The position numbers and the translations under genes were made by a program. Below, one piece after another: positions 39,366-52,290 of a stretch of DNA of 53,497 nucleotides; position 1 is the stretch's first letter, and every line of letters begins with the position of its first letter. Source of the DNA: Macrostomum lignano (taxonomy: Eukaryota); the NCBI GenBank assembly GCA_002269645.1, contig NIVC01004244.1:1-53497 (forward strand). The letters run 5' to 3'. The notes beneath the pieces are model-generated. The model saw only the letters and a list, made by a program, of their open reading frames with translations, made no database searches and was not told the origin of the DNA.

Positions 39366-40318
39366 AACTCTCCGGATTCATTGGTTAGGGTTAGTTAGGG
39401 TTATTAGGGTTAGAACTACAACATTTCGTGTTAAAAGGCACTGATTATTGAACTAATTGAATCAATTAATTGCGCAACATTTCACAGTCAGTCAGTCAGT
39501 ATCAGTCTCAGTTAAAGTTAGCAAAAACATTGCGCAATCTAAATCAACCCTCCAATACACAGCAGCAGTGAGAAGTTAAAAATAGCCCCCCAACTTTATC
39601 TATTACGTCTCGCAAAACTGAGTACAATCTTTGCAGAAAGTTAAATTATGGAAATAGTTTTTCAAATGCTGTGCTTTTTCTTTTCATATTTAAAGCAAAC
39701 AATTTATATCCCCCGCGTTGCAAGATTTTCCAGCAATATAAGTCTCTCCCTCAAAGAAAACTCGAGGAACAGTTAGCGTTTGAAATACCGATTTCCCGAC
39801 TGTTGCTAGAGAAGCTCGCAATTCATTGAATTTCACTGCCAAACTTACACCAGGCTGCCTATGGAGAAAAAAGGCGCCAATAATAAAACCAAATGAATCT
39901 CGACACAGTCCTATCTATCTGTTTACACTGTACAACTGCTATGTACAAACAGCCCAAGCCCAGTTCTGGGGAGAGCATTAAATTTAACTGAACCCCCCAA
40001 CACGCGGGGGGTTTTATTTGCATTGAAAGAACACGCGCACCCACCACCCCTCAATACACACTAGGTTGGGGTGGCTATTTTTACAAACTGGCTTCAGCCA
40101 GGCAGAGTAGCCAAAGAAGGTTATTGGGGGTTAAAAAAGCAGTTTTCTGCTTTTTTAGGGATGTTAAAATGTGAAAATTAAAAATTAAAATAGCCTAAAG
40201 CCTGATCCGGAAAATTTGCAGTTTTCCCATATAAGTTTCGACGCTGACTTGCCAGAATTGTAGGAGTTCACTTACAACATACATACACACAAACAACGCA
40301 CCACTTTTAGTATAAGGA
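39366..40318 (-). mobile_element. 3'-truncated, indel-rich family B copy
   Basis: Homologous to ~30526-31537 with many small deletions; 5' TC at 40318. Confidence 0.75.
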
Positions 40319-43300
40319 CGAGGCCAACTCCTCCTCTGGAGGAGAAAGGGGAAGAACTCCCATCACCGGAATTCCATTCCCTGAAATCCATTAGCTGAAA
40401 TTCCATGACTTGAATCCCATCTTCCAAATCATCTCCAAATCCTCTGTAAAGCCTTTCAAATACCATATCTTGTTTTCCCTGTTCGCAAAAACTGACTGCC
40501 ATTGTCCAGACTCAGATTCTTCTGTCTCCTCTCTTCTCTTTTCTCTCCTCTCACGTCTCTCATCTCTACCACCTTATTTATCTCTTCTCCCTCGTCTTTC
40601 GTCTTTCTCTCCTGTCTCCTTTATCCCCTGTTTTCTCCTCTCTCCTCTCTTCTCTCCTCTCTCATCTCTCATCCCTCATGCCTCATCTCACTATTTCTTT
40701 CTCCTCTACTCTCAGCTCCTCTCTTCTCTCTCCTCTCATCTCTCCTGTCTCCCTCTGCTATCTCATATCTTCCCTCTCATCTCCTCTCTCCTCTTTTCTT
40801 CTCTCTCCCTCTTCGTTCCCGCGTTACTCCCCTCTTCTCTCCCATCTGTCATGTCTAATCTGTCCTCTCTCATCTCTTCTCTCTTCTCTTTTCACTCTTC
40901 TCTTTACTCTCTTTACTGACTGACTGAAGATACCAAATCCATCAAAATCCCTCCGTGAAACAGAAATCCTCTCCGCGAAACAGAAATCCTCTCCGCGAAA
41001 CAGAAATCCTCTCCGCGAAACAGAAACCCTCTCCGTGAAACTGGACTCCTTTTGAAATCCAATCCGCGAAACAGAAATCCCCTCCGTGAAACTGGGCTCC
41101 ATGGAAATCCTCTGAGTGAAACTGACATCCATCAAAATCGTCTCCGTAAAACAGAAATACATCTAGATTCTCTCCACGAAAAAGAAATCCTCTCCGTGAA
41201 ACCGAAAACCATCAGAATACTCCGTGAAACTGGACTCAATCGAAATTTTCTCTGTCAAAAAGAACTTAACTTTCAGAATTCATTGGTTAGGGTTAGGGTT
41301 AGAGCTGCACAGAGCTGCGTGTTGAATTAATTGAATCAATTAATTGCGCAAACCATTTCTCAGTCAGACAGTATCAGTCTTATTTAAAGTTAAATAAACG
41401 GTTGCGCAATCTAAATCAACCCTCCAATACGCAGCGGCAGACCCCCTTCCAATACGCCCAACTTTATCTATTACGTCTCGCAAAACTGATTACAGTTTTT
41501 GCAGAAAGTTAAAAGTATGGAAATAGTTTTTTAAATGCTGTGCTTTTTCTTTTCATATTTAAAGCATACAACTTATATTCCCGAACTCAGCGTTGCAAGA
41601 TCTTTCCAGCAATATAAGTCTCTCCTCTCAAAGTTTAAAACTCGAGGAACAGTTAGCGTTTGAAATTTACCAATTTCCCGACTGCTTGCTAGAGAAGCTC
41701 GCAAGTTTATTCATTGAATTTCACTGCCAAACTAATACACAGGGCTGCCAATAATAAAACCAAATGAATCTCGACACAGTCTATCTATTTACACTGTACA
41801 ACTGCTATGTACACTCAGCCCAAGCCCTACCCCCGTTCTGGGGGAAGCATTAAATTTAACTGAACCCCCCCCCACACGCGGGGGGTTTTATTTCCACTCG
41901 CACCCACCACCCCTCAATACACAGCGGCCCGCGGGCGGAGGTTGGGTGGCTATTTTTACAAACTGGCTGCAGCCCCAGGCAGAGTGGCCAAAGAAGGTTA
42001 TTGGGGGTTAAAAAAGCAGTTTTCTGCTTTTTTAGGGATGTTAAAATGTGAAAATTAAAAATTAAAATAGCCTAAAGCCTGCTCCGGAAAATTTGCAGTT
42101 TTCCCATATAAGTTTCGACGCTGACTTGGCAGTATTGTAGGAGTTCACTTACAACATACATACACACAAACAACGCACCACTTTTAGTATTAAGAGATTC
42201 CCGACTGCTTGCTAGAGAAGCTCGCAATTCATTGAATTTCACTGCCAAGCTAATACACAGGGCTGCCTATGGAGAAAAAAGGCGCCAATAATAAAACCAA
42301 TTGAATCTCGACACAGTCCTGATTCCTATCTATCTGTTTACACTGTACAACTGCTATGTACACTCAGCCCAAGCCCAACCCCCGTTCTGGGGGAAGCATT
42401 AAATTTAACTGAACCCCCCAACACGCGGGGGGGGGTTTATTTCCACTCGCACCCACCACCCCTCAATACACAGCGGCCCGCGGGCGGAGGTTGGGGTGGC
42501 TATTTTTACAAACTGGCTGCAGCCCCAGGCAGAGTGGCCAAAGAAGGTTATTGGGGGTTAAAAAAGCAGTTTTCTGCTTTTTTAGGGATGTTAAAATTGG
42601 AAAATTAAAAATTAAAATAGCCTAAAGCCTGCTCCGGAAAATTTGCAGTTTTCCCATATAAGTTTCAACGCTGACTTGGCAGAATTGTAGGAGTTCACTT
42701 ACTACATACAGACAGACAAACATCGCGTCGGTTTTAGTATTAGGACGAGGCCAACTCCTCCTCTGGAGGAGAAAGGGGAAGAACTCCCATCACCGGAATT
42801 CCATTCCCTGAAATCCATTAGCTGAAATTCCATGACTTGAATCCCATCTTCCAAATCATCTCCAAATCCTCTGTAAAGCCTTTCAAATACCATATCTTGT
42901 TTTCCCTGTTCGCAAAAACTGACTGCCATTGTCCAGACTCAGATTCTTCTGTCTCCTCTCTTCTCTTTTCTCTCCTCTCACGTCTCTCATCTCTACCACC
43001 TTATTTATCTCTTCTCCCTCGTCTTTCGTCTTTCTCTCCTGTCTCCTTTATCCCCTGTTTTCTCCTCTCTCCTCTCTTCTCTCCTCTCTCATCTCTCATC
43101 CCTCATGCCTCATCTCACTATTTCTTTCTCCTCTACTCTCAGCTCCTCTCTTCTCTCTCCTCTCATCTCTCCTGTCTCCCTCTGCTATCTCATATCTTCC
43201 CTCTCATCTCCTCTCTCCTCTTTTCTTCTCTCTCCCTCTTCGTTCCCGCGTTACTCCCCTCTTCTCTCCCATCTGTCATGTCTAATCTGTCCTCTCTCAT

Positions 43301-44625
43301 CTCTTCTCTCTTCTCTTTTCACTCTTCTCTTTACTCTCTTTACTGACTGACTGAAGATACCAAATCCATCAAAATCCCTCCGTGAAACAGAAATCCTCTC
43401 CGCGAAACAGAAATCCTCTCCGCGAAACAGAAATCCTCTCCGCGAAACAGAAACCCTCTCCGTGAAACTGGACTCCTTTTGAAATCCAATCCGCGAAACA
43501 GAAATCCCCTCCGTGAAACTGGGCTCCATGGAAATCCTCTGAGTGAAACTGACATCCATCAAAATCGTCTCCGTAAAACAGAAATACATCTAGATTCTCT
43601 CCACGAAAAAGAAATCCTCTCCGTGAAACCGAAAACCATCAGAATACTCCGTGAAACTGGACTCAATCGAAATTTTCTCTGTCAAAAAGAACTTAACTTT
43701 CAGAATTCATTGGTTAGGGTTAGGGTTAGAGCTGCACAGAGCTGCGTGTTGAATTAATTGAATCAATTAATTGCGCAAACCATTTCTCAGTCAGACAGTA
43801 TCAGTCTTATTTAAAGTTAAATAAACGGTTGCGCAATCTAAATCAACCCTCCAATACGCAGCGGCAGACCCCCTTCCAATACGCCCAACTTTATCTATTA
43901 CGTCTCGCAAAACTGATTACAGTTTTTGCAGAAAGTTAAAAGTATGGAAATAGTTTTTTAAATGCTGTGCTTTTTCTTTTCATATTTAAAGCATACAACT
44001 TATATTCCCGAACTCAGCGTTGCAAGATCTTTCCAGCAATATAAGTCTCTCCTCTCAAAGTTTAAAACTCGAGGAACAGTTAGCGTTTGAAATTTACCAA
44101 TTTCCCGACTGCTTGCTAGAGAAGCTCGCAAGTTTATTCATTGAATTTCACTGCCAAACTAATACACAGGGCTGCCAATAATAAAACCAAATGAATCTCG
44201 ACACAGTCTATCTATTTACACTGTACAACTGCTATGTACACTCAGCCCAAGCCCTACCCCCGTTCTGGGGGAAGCATTAAATTTAACTGAACCCCCCCCC
44301 CACACGCGGGGGGTTTTATTTCCACTCGCACCCACCACCCCTCAATACACAGCGGCCCGCGGGCGGAGGTTGGGTGGCTATTTTTACAAACTGGCTGCAG
44401 CCCCAGGCAGAGTGGCCAAAGAAGGTTATTGGGGGTTAAAAAAGCAGTTTTCTGCTTTTTTAGGGATGTTAAAATGTGAAAATTAAAAATTAAAATAGCC
44501 TAAAGCCTGCTCCGGAAAATTTGCAGTTTTCCCATATAAGTTTCGACGCTGACTTGGCAGTATTGTAGGAGTTCACTTACAACATACATACACACAAACA
44601 ACGCACCACTTTTAGTATTAAGAGA
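40319..44625 (-). mobile_element. Family B units: 40319-42197 full, 42198-42745 5' fragment, 42746-44625 full
   Basis: Same termini on the minus strand; ORF track repeats with 2427-bp period. Confidence 0.85.
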
Positions 44626-44647
44626 AGAAGAAGAGAAGAAGGAGAGA

Positions 44648-45507
44648 CAAGCTGTTGAAACCCGCGGATTTTGAACCCGGGGAATTCCAATCCCCGGAAC
44701 TACTTTTGCATGTATTCTGAAATCTAAGGCCATACACAAACAAAAACTTGTTAATAGTTAGTAGGATAGAGGTAGACATAAAATGAAGCACATTCGTGTA
44801 AAATTAGGATTTGAGGCAAACATTGATATTGTTGTCTGGGGTACTGCGCAGAATGTCAGGCAATGTCTGTCTGACTCTAAAACATGTATGGGCAAACTCT
44901 GGCCTCTCCCTGCCTCTCCCTACGTCCCTTGGATCCTTTAAAATTTCTATCGTCTCTTCTGTTTCCTCTCTTCTCTCTCGTCCCTCGTCTCTCCTCTCTC
45001 ATCTCTCCCCTCTTCTCTCGTATCTTCCCTCATCTCTCTTCTCTTTCATCTCTCTTCTCTTTCATCTCTCTTATCTCATCTCATGTCTCTTCTTTTCTCT
45101 CTCCTCTCCTCTCTCCTCTCTACTCTTTCGTTTTCTCTCTCCTCTCCTCTCTCCTCTCCCATCTTATCTCGTATCTTCCCTCATCTCTCTTTTCTTTCAT
45201 TTCTCTTATCTCATCTCTTCCCTCTTCTTTTCTCTCTCCTCTCCTCTCTCCTCTCCCCCCTCTTCTCTCGTCTCGTCCTTCTCCTCTCTATTCTTTTCTC
45301 TCTTCTCTTAACTGTCTCCTCTACTCTCTCATCTCTCCTCTCTACTCGTTCCTCTCTCTCTCTCCTCTCATCTCTTCTTTCCTCTCTCCTCTCTCCCCTC
45401 TTCTCTCGTCTCTTCCCTCACCTCTTTTTTCTCTCTCGCCTTTGCTCTTTTATCTTTCCTTTCTTTTCTTTTATCTTTTCTCTCTTATCTCTTCTAATTT
45501 CTCTCTG

Positions 45508-45573
<66 letters not shown>

Positions 45574-47526
45574 GTCTTTCTCTCTTATCTCTCCTCCTCT
45601 CTCTACTCTCTCCCCTCTCCATTCTCCTCTTTCCTCTCCTCTCTCCTCACTCACTTCTCTACATTTGTCTCTCTTCTCTCCTCTCGTCTCCGTAATCTCT
45701 TATCTCTTCTCTGTTCTCTCTACTCTCCCATCTTTCATCTGTTCACTCTCGTCTCTGCTCTCTCATCCCCCTCTTTAATCTGGCATCTCAGTCTTATATG
45801 TTCTCTCACCTCTCTCCTCTGTACTCTTTTCTTTCCCCTCTTTTGACTCCTCACTTTCCTTTCTCCTTACTTTTTTCTCTTCTCTTCCCTTTTCTATACT
45901 CTCTCTCCCTCTCTTCTCTCTCTCTCGAGTCTCCTCTCTCCTTTATCTCTCATCTCTCATTTCTCATCTCTCCTTCCACCTCTCTCATCTCTACAACCTT
46001 GGAGATGTAGAGATGTATCTTTATCTCTTCTCTCTTCCCCAGTGGTGGGAGTGAGGAGTGCCCATTTTTTTCGCGCCTACGATTTTTTTTCGCGCCGCAA
46101 GCTTTTTTGTGTCAACTCTCTGCTCTCCTCTCTGCTGTCTCCTCTCATCTGCAGCTCTCTGCTCTCATCTCTACTCTCTCCTCTCGCTTTTCCTCTCTCC
46201 CCTCTTCTCCCCCTTTCTCTCATCGTCCTCACCCCCTCATCTCTCCTATTATCTTTTATATTTTCTTTTATCCCCTCTTTCGCTTCTTCTCTCTTCGAAT
46301 CGTCTATTCCTTCTTTCCACTTTCATCTGCCCCTCAGCCATAAGCTGGATTCTTTATCTGGCCACTGACATGGTTGTTCTCATGCTTTGATCACGTCATC
46401 TTTCTTGCCAATTCGCAGCCCTGAAAGGAATTTGTGTATCTTCAGCTCTACTGCAGTTTGCATCAGTCTAACAACCAAGGAAATACGCATTTCTTAGGAG
46501 GCCATTTAAATTTTAAAGTACTTTTAAGAGAAACTTAAAATTTCCATGGTGTGCCTAATTTATTAGGGTTGTATTTCATTGCATCGCATCGCCTTTTCAT
46601 AAATCTTTCGCTTTTACAAACCATGCTGGATTCCCTCGATTTGCCAATTGCCATCCACTGTTAAACTGCTGCAGAGTTTGCCAATACAGAGAGGAGGGCA
46701 ATGGTTAGAATTTCTCACTAAACTGTTATGGCTAAACGTAGCCTCTCCACTCTCGGGGTGCAGAGAAGGCTATAAATAAAGTTATTCCAAAACACTGTAC
46801 ATTTGTATGTACATTCAGTCCTATCGCCTGACCCTTCGTCTGGCTCTGGGGGAATGAGTGAGTGAGTGGCACAAACAACAGAAAAAGCAGACAAACTTCA
46901 CATGCTTACAGTTTCTTTTTCGGTTGAGTTACAGAGTTGAAACTTTACATTTAGATAGAGAATGAGTCAATGAAGAATTGTGTCAAGTTTGAAGTCAATC
47001 GCTTTACGTGGAGCAAACTTATGGCAGCTGAAAGTTAGTCAATTTTGAAACCTTTTTACACATCTGGGCCCAGATCGGGATCGGGAAAGAGAGGCAGGCG
47101 GGCGGAGGTTGGGGTGGTTGCTACGCTGAAAAAAAACAGCCTAACTTTAAAAGTGCACAGCACCGCTCAGGATTGACTTTGAGACTCGAAATTTTACAAA
47201 ATTGTGCCAAAATAGTTAAAGATTATCTGTGTCAAATTTGAAGAGAATCGGTAGAAGTGGAGCGGCGCTATGGAGGATTAAGTGAAAAAATCGCGCATTT
47301 TGAGCAGTTTTTTGTACTTTTAGGTTGGAAGACTCAAATTTAGGAAATTAAAAGGTAGCCTAAGACATTCTCCGTAGTAAGTTTAGGGTGGGTGTAAAGT
47401 TTGGTGTCATTTGGTTGAGCGGTTTGGGAGTCCATAGCGATCAAAATTGTCCACACACAGACACACACACACACACAGACACACAGAGTTTTGATTTTTA
47501 TATGTAGAGATTTTTATAGGTAGAGA
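44648..47526 (-). mobile_element. Non-autonomous Helitron-like element, family A, copy 2
   Basis: Diverged direct repeat of 24743-27856; 3' CTTG|T at 44648; 5' A|TC at 47526 with a ~16-bp duplicated terminus. Confidence 0.75.
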
Positions 47527-48138
47527 TATTTATACTTATAAAACAACAAAAACAACTGTAAACTTGAATTAATAAAAATCTGAATTTAATTTAATAATTT
47601 AATTTAATTTCATAAAAAAGATATTTCTAAAAATCCATTTTGAATTTTATTTTAACCTAGTTTATGACTTATATTTTATAACTTAAGTTTATGACTAGCT
47701 ACCATTGGAAGTATTATGAGACTTTATTTTTTTTGGTTAGGATTAGATTTTTTATAATTTTATTTGAATAATTTTTCCTCTTTGGATTTGGCCTAGATTT
47801 TTTTATTAATTATAGTTTTTTAAACTGTACCTAATTCATTTCCAGTGTTCAATACTCTTTAAATCCAATTTACAAAAATCACAATTTATTAAAGTTAATG
47901 CATAATTATAACTTTATATTACAGATAATTTAATTAAGAAATATATATTTCAAGCAAGGTTAATAAACCATTATGTAAAGGAGTTATCTTAACTTTAAAA
48001 AAATCATTTACTAATTGATGATTTTGTTCAATTAGATAGAGTTATCAATAACACAAATATGCATGCATAAATTTATATGATTGTACAAAACTTTCATTTC
48101 AGTGAGGCTTTCCAGGTATTTTAGTATCCAGCTTTTAA

Positions 48139-48937
48139 ATGGAAGGCCTCCCACCAGAGCTACTGCAGCAGTTGATGCAGTATTTACCAGCCAGTGACTT
48201 GTTCAGCTTCTGCTTGGCAGTACCAGCAGCCACTGGCCTCCCAGTAAATCAACTCACATTTGGTTTGAGCTGTAGCTTGATGCAGCTTGCCCAGCTTCAG
48301 AAGTTACTCAGACTGGTCAGTTGGCGGTATCAGCTTCGTTGCATGGAGCTGCTGCACCGGCCCGATGTCACTCAATGGCAGCTGCTGCGCTGCCTCCTTC
48401 ATCGGCCAATTTTCAGCCTATCAGTTCTCCGCCTCGCCTGCCTCGAGCTCGAGCCTGGTTCCGCCCGGCTGTCCTGGCTGCTTGCCCGAGTTCCCAGTCT
48501 CCGAGAGCTGCGCATCCGACTGCATAGCCTGTCGGACTGGTGCAACTGCCAGCCAAAAGCTCAACTGCCCGAGCTCACTCACCTGCAGTTGCATCTGAGC
48601 TCGGTGTCATTCAGATTCGATTCGCACTCTTTGTCCGATCAGATTGGCGTTCACGCGCCCAAACTGGACTGCCTCGAGCTGCATCTGGCCGCATTCAGTC
48701 GTCAAGGGTCGCGGCAACAGGGGAACAGCCGGCAGCAAACAGTTGGCCCAGTCCACTCCGGTTTGCTGCTGCGCTTGCTGCTTGGCGAGCTGGCGATCCG
48801 AGCTCAATTCCGGTTGGTTGCCAGCGGACTGCGATACCTGGCGGTGACACCGGCGCCTCCAACTGAAAATTCGGAGTCCTTGGCTCGTCTGGCCAGTGAT
48901 CGGGCTGGATTGGAGCACTGCCGCCGACTGGAGAATG
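48139..48937 (+). CDS. F-box / leucine-rich-repeat-like protein, exon 1
   Basis: N-terminal LPPELLQQLMQYLPASDLFSF fits the F-box consensus; LxxLxL-type segments (LRELRIRL, LTHLQLHL, LDCLELHL); donor G|gtaata phase 1. Confidence 0.7.
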
Positions 48938-49482
48938 GTAATAATAATAAAGCAGCCTCTAGTAATAGGCTTGTTTGAGAGAAGACCTCTTAAAACCGAG
49001 TATTTAGCTACGAATATAACACCACGAGTGTTACCCACAAAGGTCAGAAAGTAGATACACGTGTATGAAAAGTAAAAACTGCGACTCAACAAAAAAGCAG
49101 AGCTTCATTTCTTCCGGTTCTGATTTAAAACAAATCGAAGGGCGAGCGATAGCGCTTTTCCAAGCTTTATTTTAGTGTTTTTTTGTTAGCCAGAAGAGCT
49201 TGAGAAGCAATGAAAAGAAGGCTATATGGATAGCCAGGGATAAGACACATCCTTAATTAATGAATGCAATACAAGATTTGCGAATATAGGACTCCTGTTT
49301 TCTTAAGTCGTTCTTGTATGCTAGATCTGCCCTGACTTATATGCACGCACTTAGTCAATGTATAAGCATATACTGTGTCGTGGAACATTAGAGATTTGAC
49401 CAATGCATCGTCACATCCTTGCATGATGGATGTGGAACTTCAAAACTTGGCTAAATTCAGATTAATTTGTGCTGTCCCGCAG

Positions 49483-50073
49483 CTTTTATACTTTATCGTC
49501 ACACTAGCAGCGGCATTGGCGTCGATGATGCAGCTGAGGTTCTGCGCGATCCGTTCACTGGAGCTGTTGTTACAAGCTTGGACGCCGCAATTAAGAAAAC
49601 ATCAACCGATGAAAACGTTGGTAGGCAACTAGCCCAGACTGAGACTTTAGTACTTCTACGTTCAATGGACTCTTCGAATGAGCAAAATTTCTGTCTAACT
49701 TCATCATTGTTTCCGTTGTCCTGGCCAACCTGTCTGCGCGACCTGACTGTTGGTTTCGTAGACTTTGCCAGACTCGCCAATTCGAATATTCAACTGTCTG
49801 AACTGCAGCGTCTTCAACTGCAGTCGTCTGATGCCGATAAAGATTATCAGCTGGTTTCGTTGGATTTTACAGCTCTGGTGCCGAATGTTCGCCATCTGCT
49901 GTTGGACATGACTGCGTCTTCTGGCGGCGGCGGCGGCCTGCATACCCGTCGATGTATTCGTCGTCTGCCCAACGGGCTTCGATCGTTGCGACTGTCGCTG
50001 GCGAGCCTGCTGGACCTGCGGGCTGGCGACTGGTTGCTGCCGTCATCGTCGGCGCTTGCGGACGTTGAAGCCG
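49483..50073 (+). CDS. F-box/LRR-like protein, exon 2
   Basis: Acceptor cccgcag|CT and donor G|gttagt, both phase 1; LRDLTV, LQRLQL, VRHLLLD, LRSLRL segments. Confidence 0.65.
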
Positions 50074-50294
50074 GTTAGTTTTGAAGAGGATGCGTATTTT
50101 ACTACTTATAGTTATGCATACTACTAGTATACTAGTTATTTAAAGTTAGCTAAAATATTGTAGTTATGGGTATGCTGATGAGCATGCTAATGCTCCAAAG
50201 AGCCTGTCGCTTCCATTAGCGCCCACCGTCGGGGAGCCAACAAAGAATGGAATAAAACGTTTTGAATAAACTTCATGTAGCTTCTCACCTTAGT

Positions 50295-50760
50295 CTTGAC
50301 ATCTCAGCAATTCAGCAAGTAGGCCTTGACATCTCAGCAATCCAGCAAGTAGGCCTTGACATCTCAACAATCCAGCAAGTAGGCCTTGACATCTCAACAA
50401 TCCAGCAAGTAGGCCTTGACATCTCAACAATCCAGCAAGTAGGCCTTGACATCTCAGCAATCCAGCAAGTAGGCCTTGACATCTCAACAATCCAGCAAGT
50501 AGGCCTTGACATCTCAACAATCCAGCAAGTAGGCCTTGACATCTCAACAATCCAGCAAGTAGGCCTTGACATCTCAACAATCCAGCAAGTAGGCCTTGAC
50601 ATCTCAACAATCCAGCAAGTAGGCCTTGACATCTCAACAATCCAGCAAGTAGGCCTTGACATCTCAGCAATCCAGCAAGTAGGCCTTGACATCTCAACAA
50701 TCCAGCAAGTAGGCCTTGACATCTCAGCAATTCAGCAAGTAGGCCTTGACATCTCAGCAA
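50295..50760. repeat. 30-bp minisatellite CTTGACATCTCAACAATCCAGCAAGTAGGC, ~15 copies
   Basis: Direct reading. Confidence 0.97.
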
Positions 50761-51651
50761 GCACCGTACGCAAGCAACAAAGTCCCTCGAGGATATCTTA
50801 TACTGCAATCGTTACTCTCTGAGTAAGGGGTGTTAGACGCGCCGGAGGGTGCCGCTGTACATATCGCTGTACTTTGGCGGGGGTTGAGGTGTGGGGGTGT
50901 TGGCCGCGCCGGCCAGCTTAAAGCCTCTGCACCCGGCCCGGCTTGGCTCCGCCGCCATCCGCTTTTCGCAACTGACTTTGTCTCGTTTGGCTCCTTCCGG
51001 CGTGTTTAAATGTACGCAAAGGAAAAGGGGGGAGAAAGGAAGGAACAAGCAAGCAATGGGTGACGCGTCGCGACAATATGAACATCCCTTCCCCTGCGCT
51101 TCCATTAACCTCTCTCACACAACTCAACACAGCTTCACTGTAGGTCATCACAATGGATAAATAATCAGCGGTCCCAGTGCGTGACAACGATTGTCTTGCG
51201 AGCGCCGGTAGGCGCGAGCCATAGACACAAATCGTCACGTGCTGCGACCGCTGATTCTTTGCATTGTTTTTCTGTTTGACGATCCTACAGACAATGCATT
51301 GTTTATAGTAATGGATTGTTCTGCATTAAAAATGTGAATAATGATCGTCAAATTGCTAAAAAATGATAATTACGCCACTGCTAATACTGATGATGGTCAT
51401 GAGAATGATGCTGCATGGAGTATCACAGGGCGCGCTTTAGGGCCTCGTGCGAAAACATTGGCCCGAAAGCTTGCACCGCGTCAGCCAGCAATCAGTCGAA
51501 AAGCGCTGAGTTCGCGCCCTGTTGGTAGGGTGCCTGCAGCGTCAGCAGCAGCACCTGAACCATCAGAGCTATGAGTAGTAAGAATCGATTATGAGTAGTA
51601 AGAATCGATACATACGTGTACGTCAATAATTTTACCCGCTTTCATCCGCAG

Positions 51652-52058
51652 GCAAATCCAGCGAGCTTCGCATCCTTTCGATTGCATGTCGCTTTGTCGC
51701 AGCTTCCGATCTTCGCATGCTGTCAGAGACGGCACAGCGACTGTCGCAGGGTCTCAACTGTTTGACCTTGTCAGCTAATGCTTGCGACATCTCGGGTAGA
51801 GAGCTTCGCCAATGGTTGCTTAGCAACGATAGACTGCCGCCAAAGCTGCGACTGCTTTGCCTCGACGTGCCGGCGGCCCAGACAGCGCTAAGAATTCCCC
51901 GCGGTGGCGGCAGTGGCGGTGGCGGTGGCGGCAGAGCAGTCAGTTTGCGGCCGCATCAACCCGACGACTGCTGCGGCTGGCTTGACGGTGTTGATCGTCA
52001 GCGACAACCTGCGGGCCACCGCGTGTCGGCGATCTGCTCTGGTGGCATCTGCTGCTGA
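51652..52058 (+). CDS. F-box/LRR-like protein, probable last exon
   Basis: Acceptor tccgcag|GC, phase 1; LRILSI, LNCLTL, LRLLCL segments; TGA at 52056-52058. The three-exon model is 598 aa; extra exons in 50074-51651 are possible. Confidence 0.6.
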
Positions 52059-52290
52059 CTTTAGGGTTGCGTAGACCTGTACATGTCGTTCTTAAACAAT
52101 ATCTATGCAAAAGAATCGATCTTTCACGCAATCTTTCAATAGTGTCAAATTACCGTGAATTTAATTCGTTCGCATTTATAGCAGATTAAAATATAACCTA
52201 GCAAGTTGTGTAATTTTTTTCGATGTGCCACACTGACAGAAATCATTAAAATGCTACTTCACGTTGTACTTTGTGACAAGTCGTTTCAAT

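Noticed and set aside
31789-44625. Simple fold-back (missed adapter) read artefact
   Set aside because: Arms adjacent to the centre are different variants (CGCGTGTTCTGGGTTCAATGC at ~37753 versus CGAGTGGAAA type at ~41895) and are separated by a 950-bp spacer. Assembly error is still not fully excluded.
50174-50205. Hammerhead ribozyme core (CTGATGA plus hairpin); similar motif near 53005
   Set aside because: The downstream GAAA core and flanking stems are not correctly formed.
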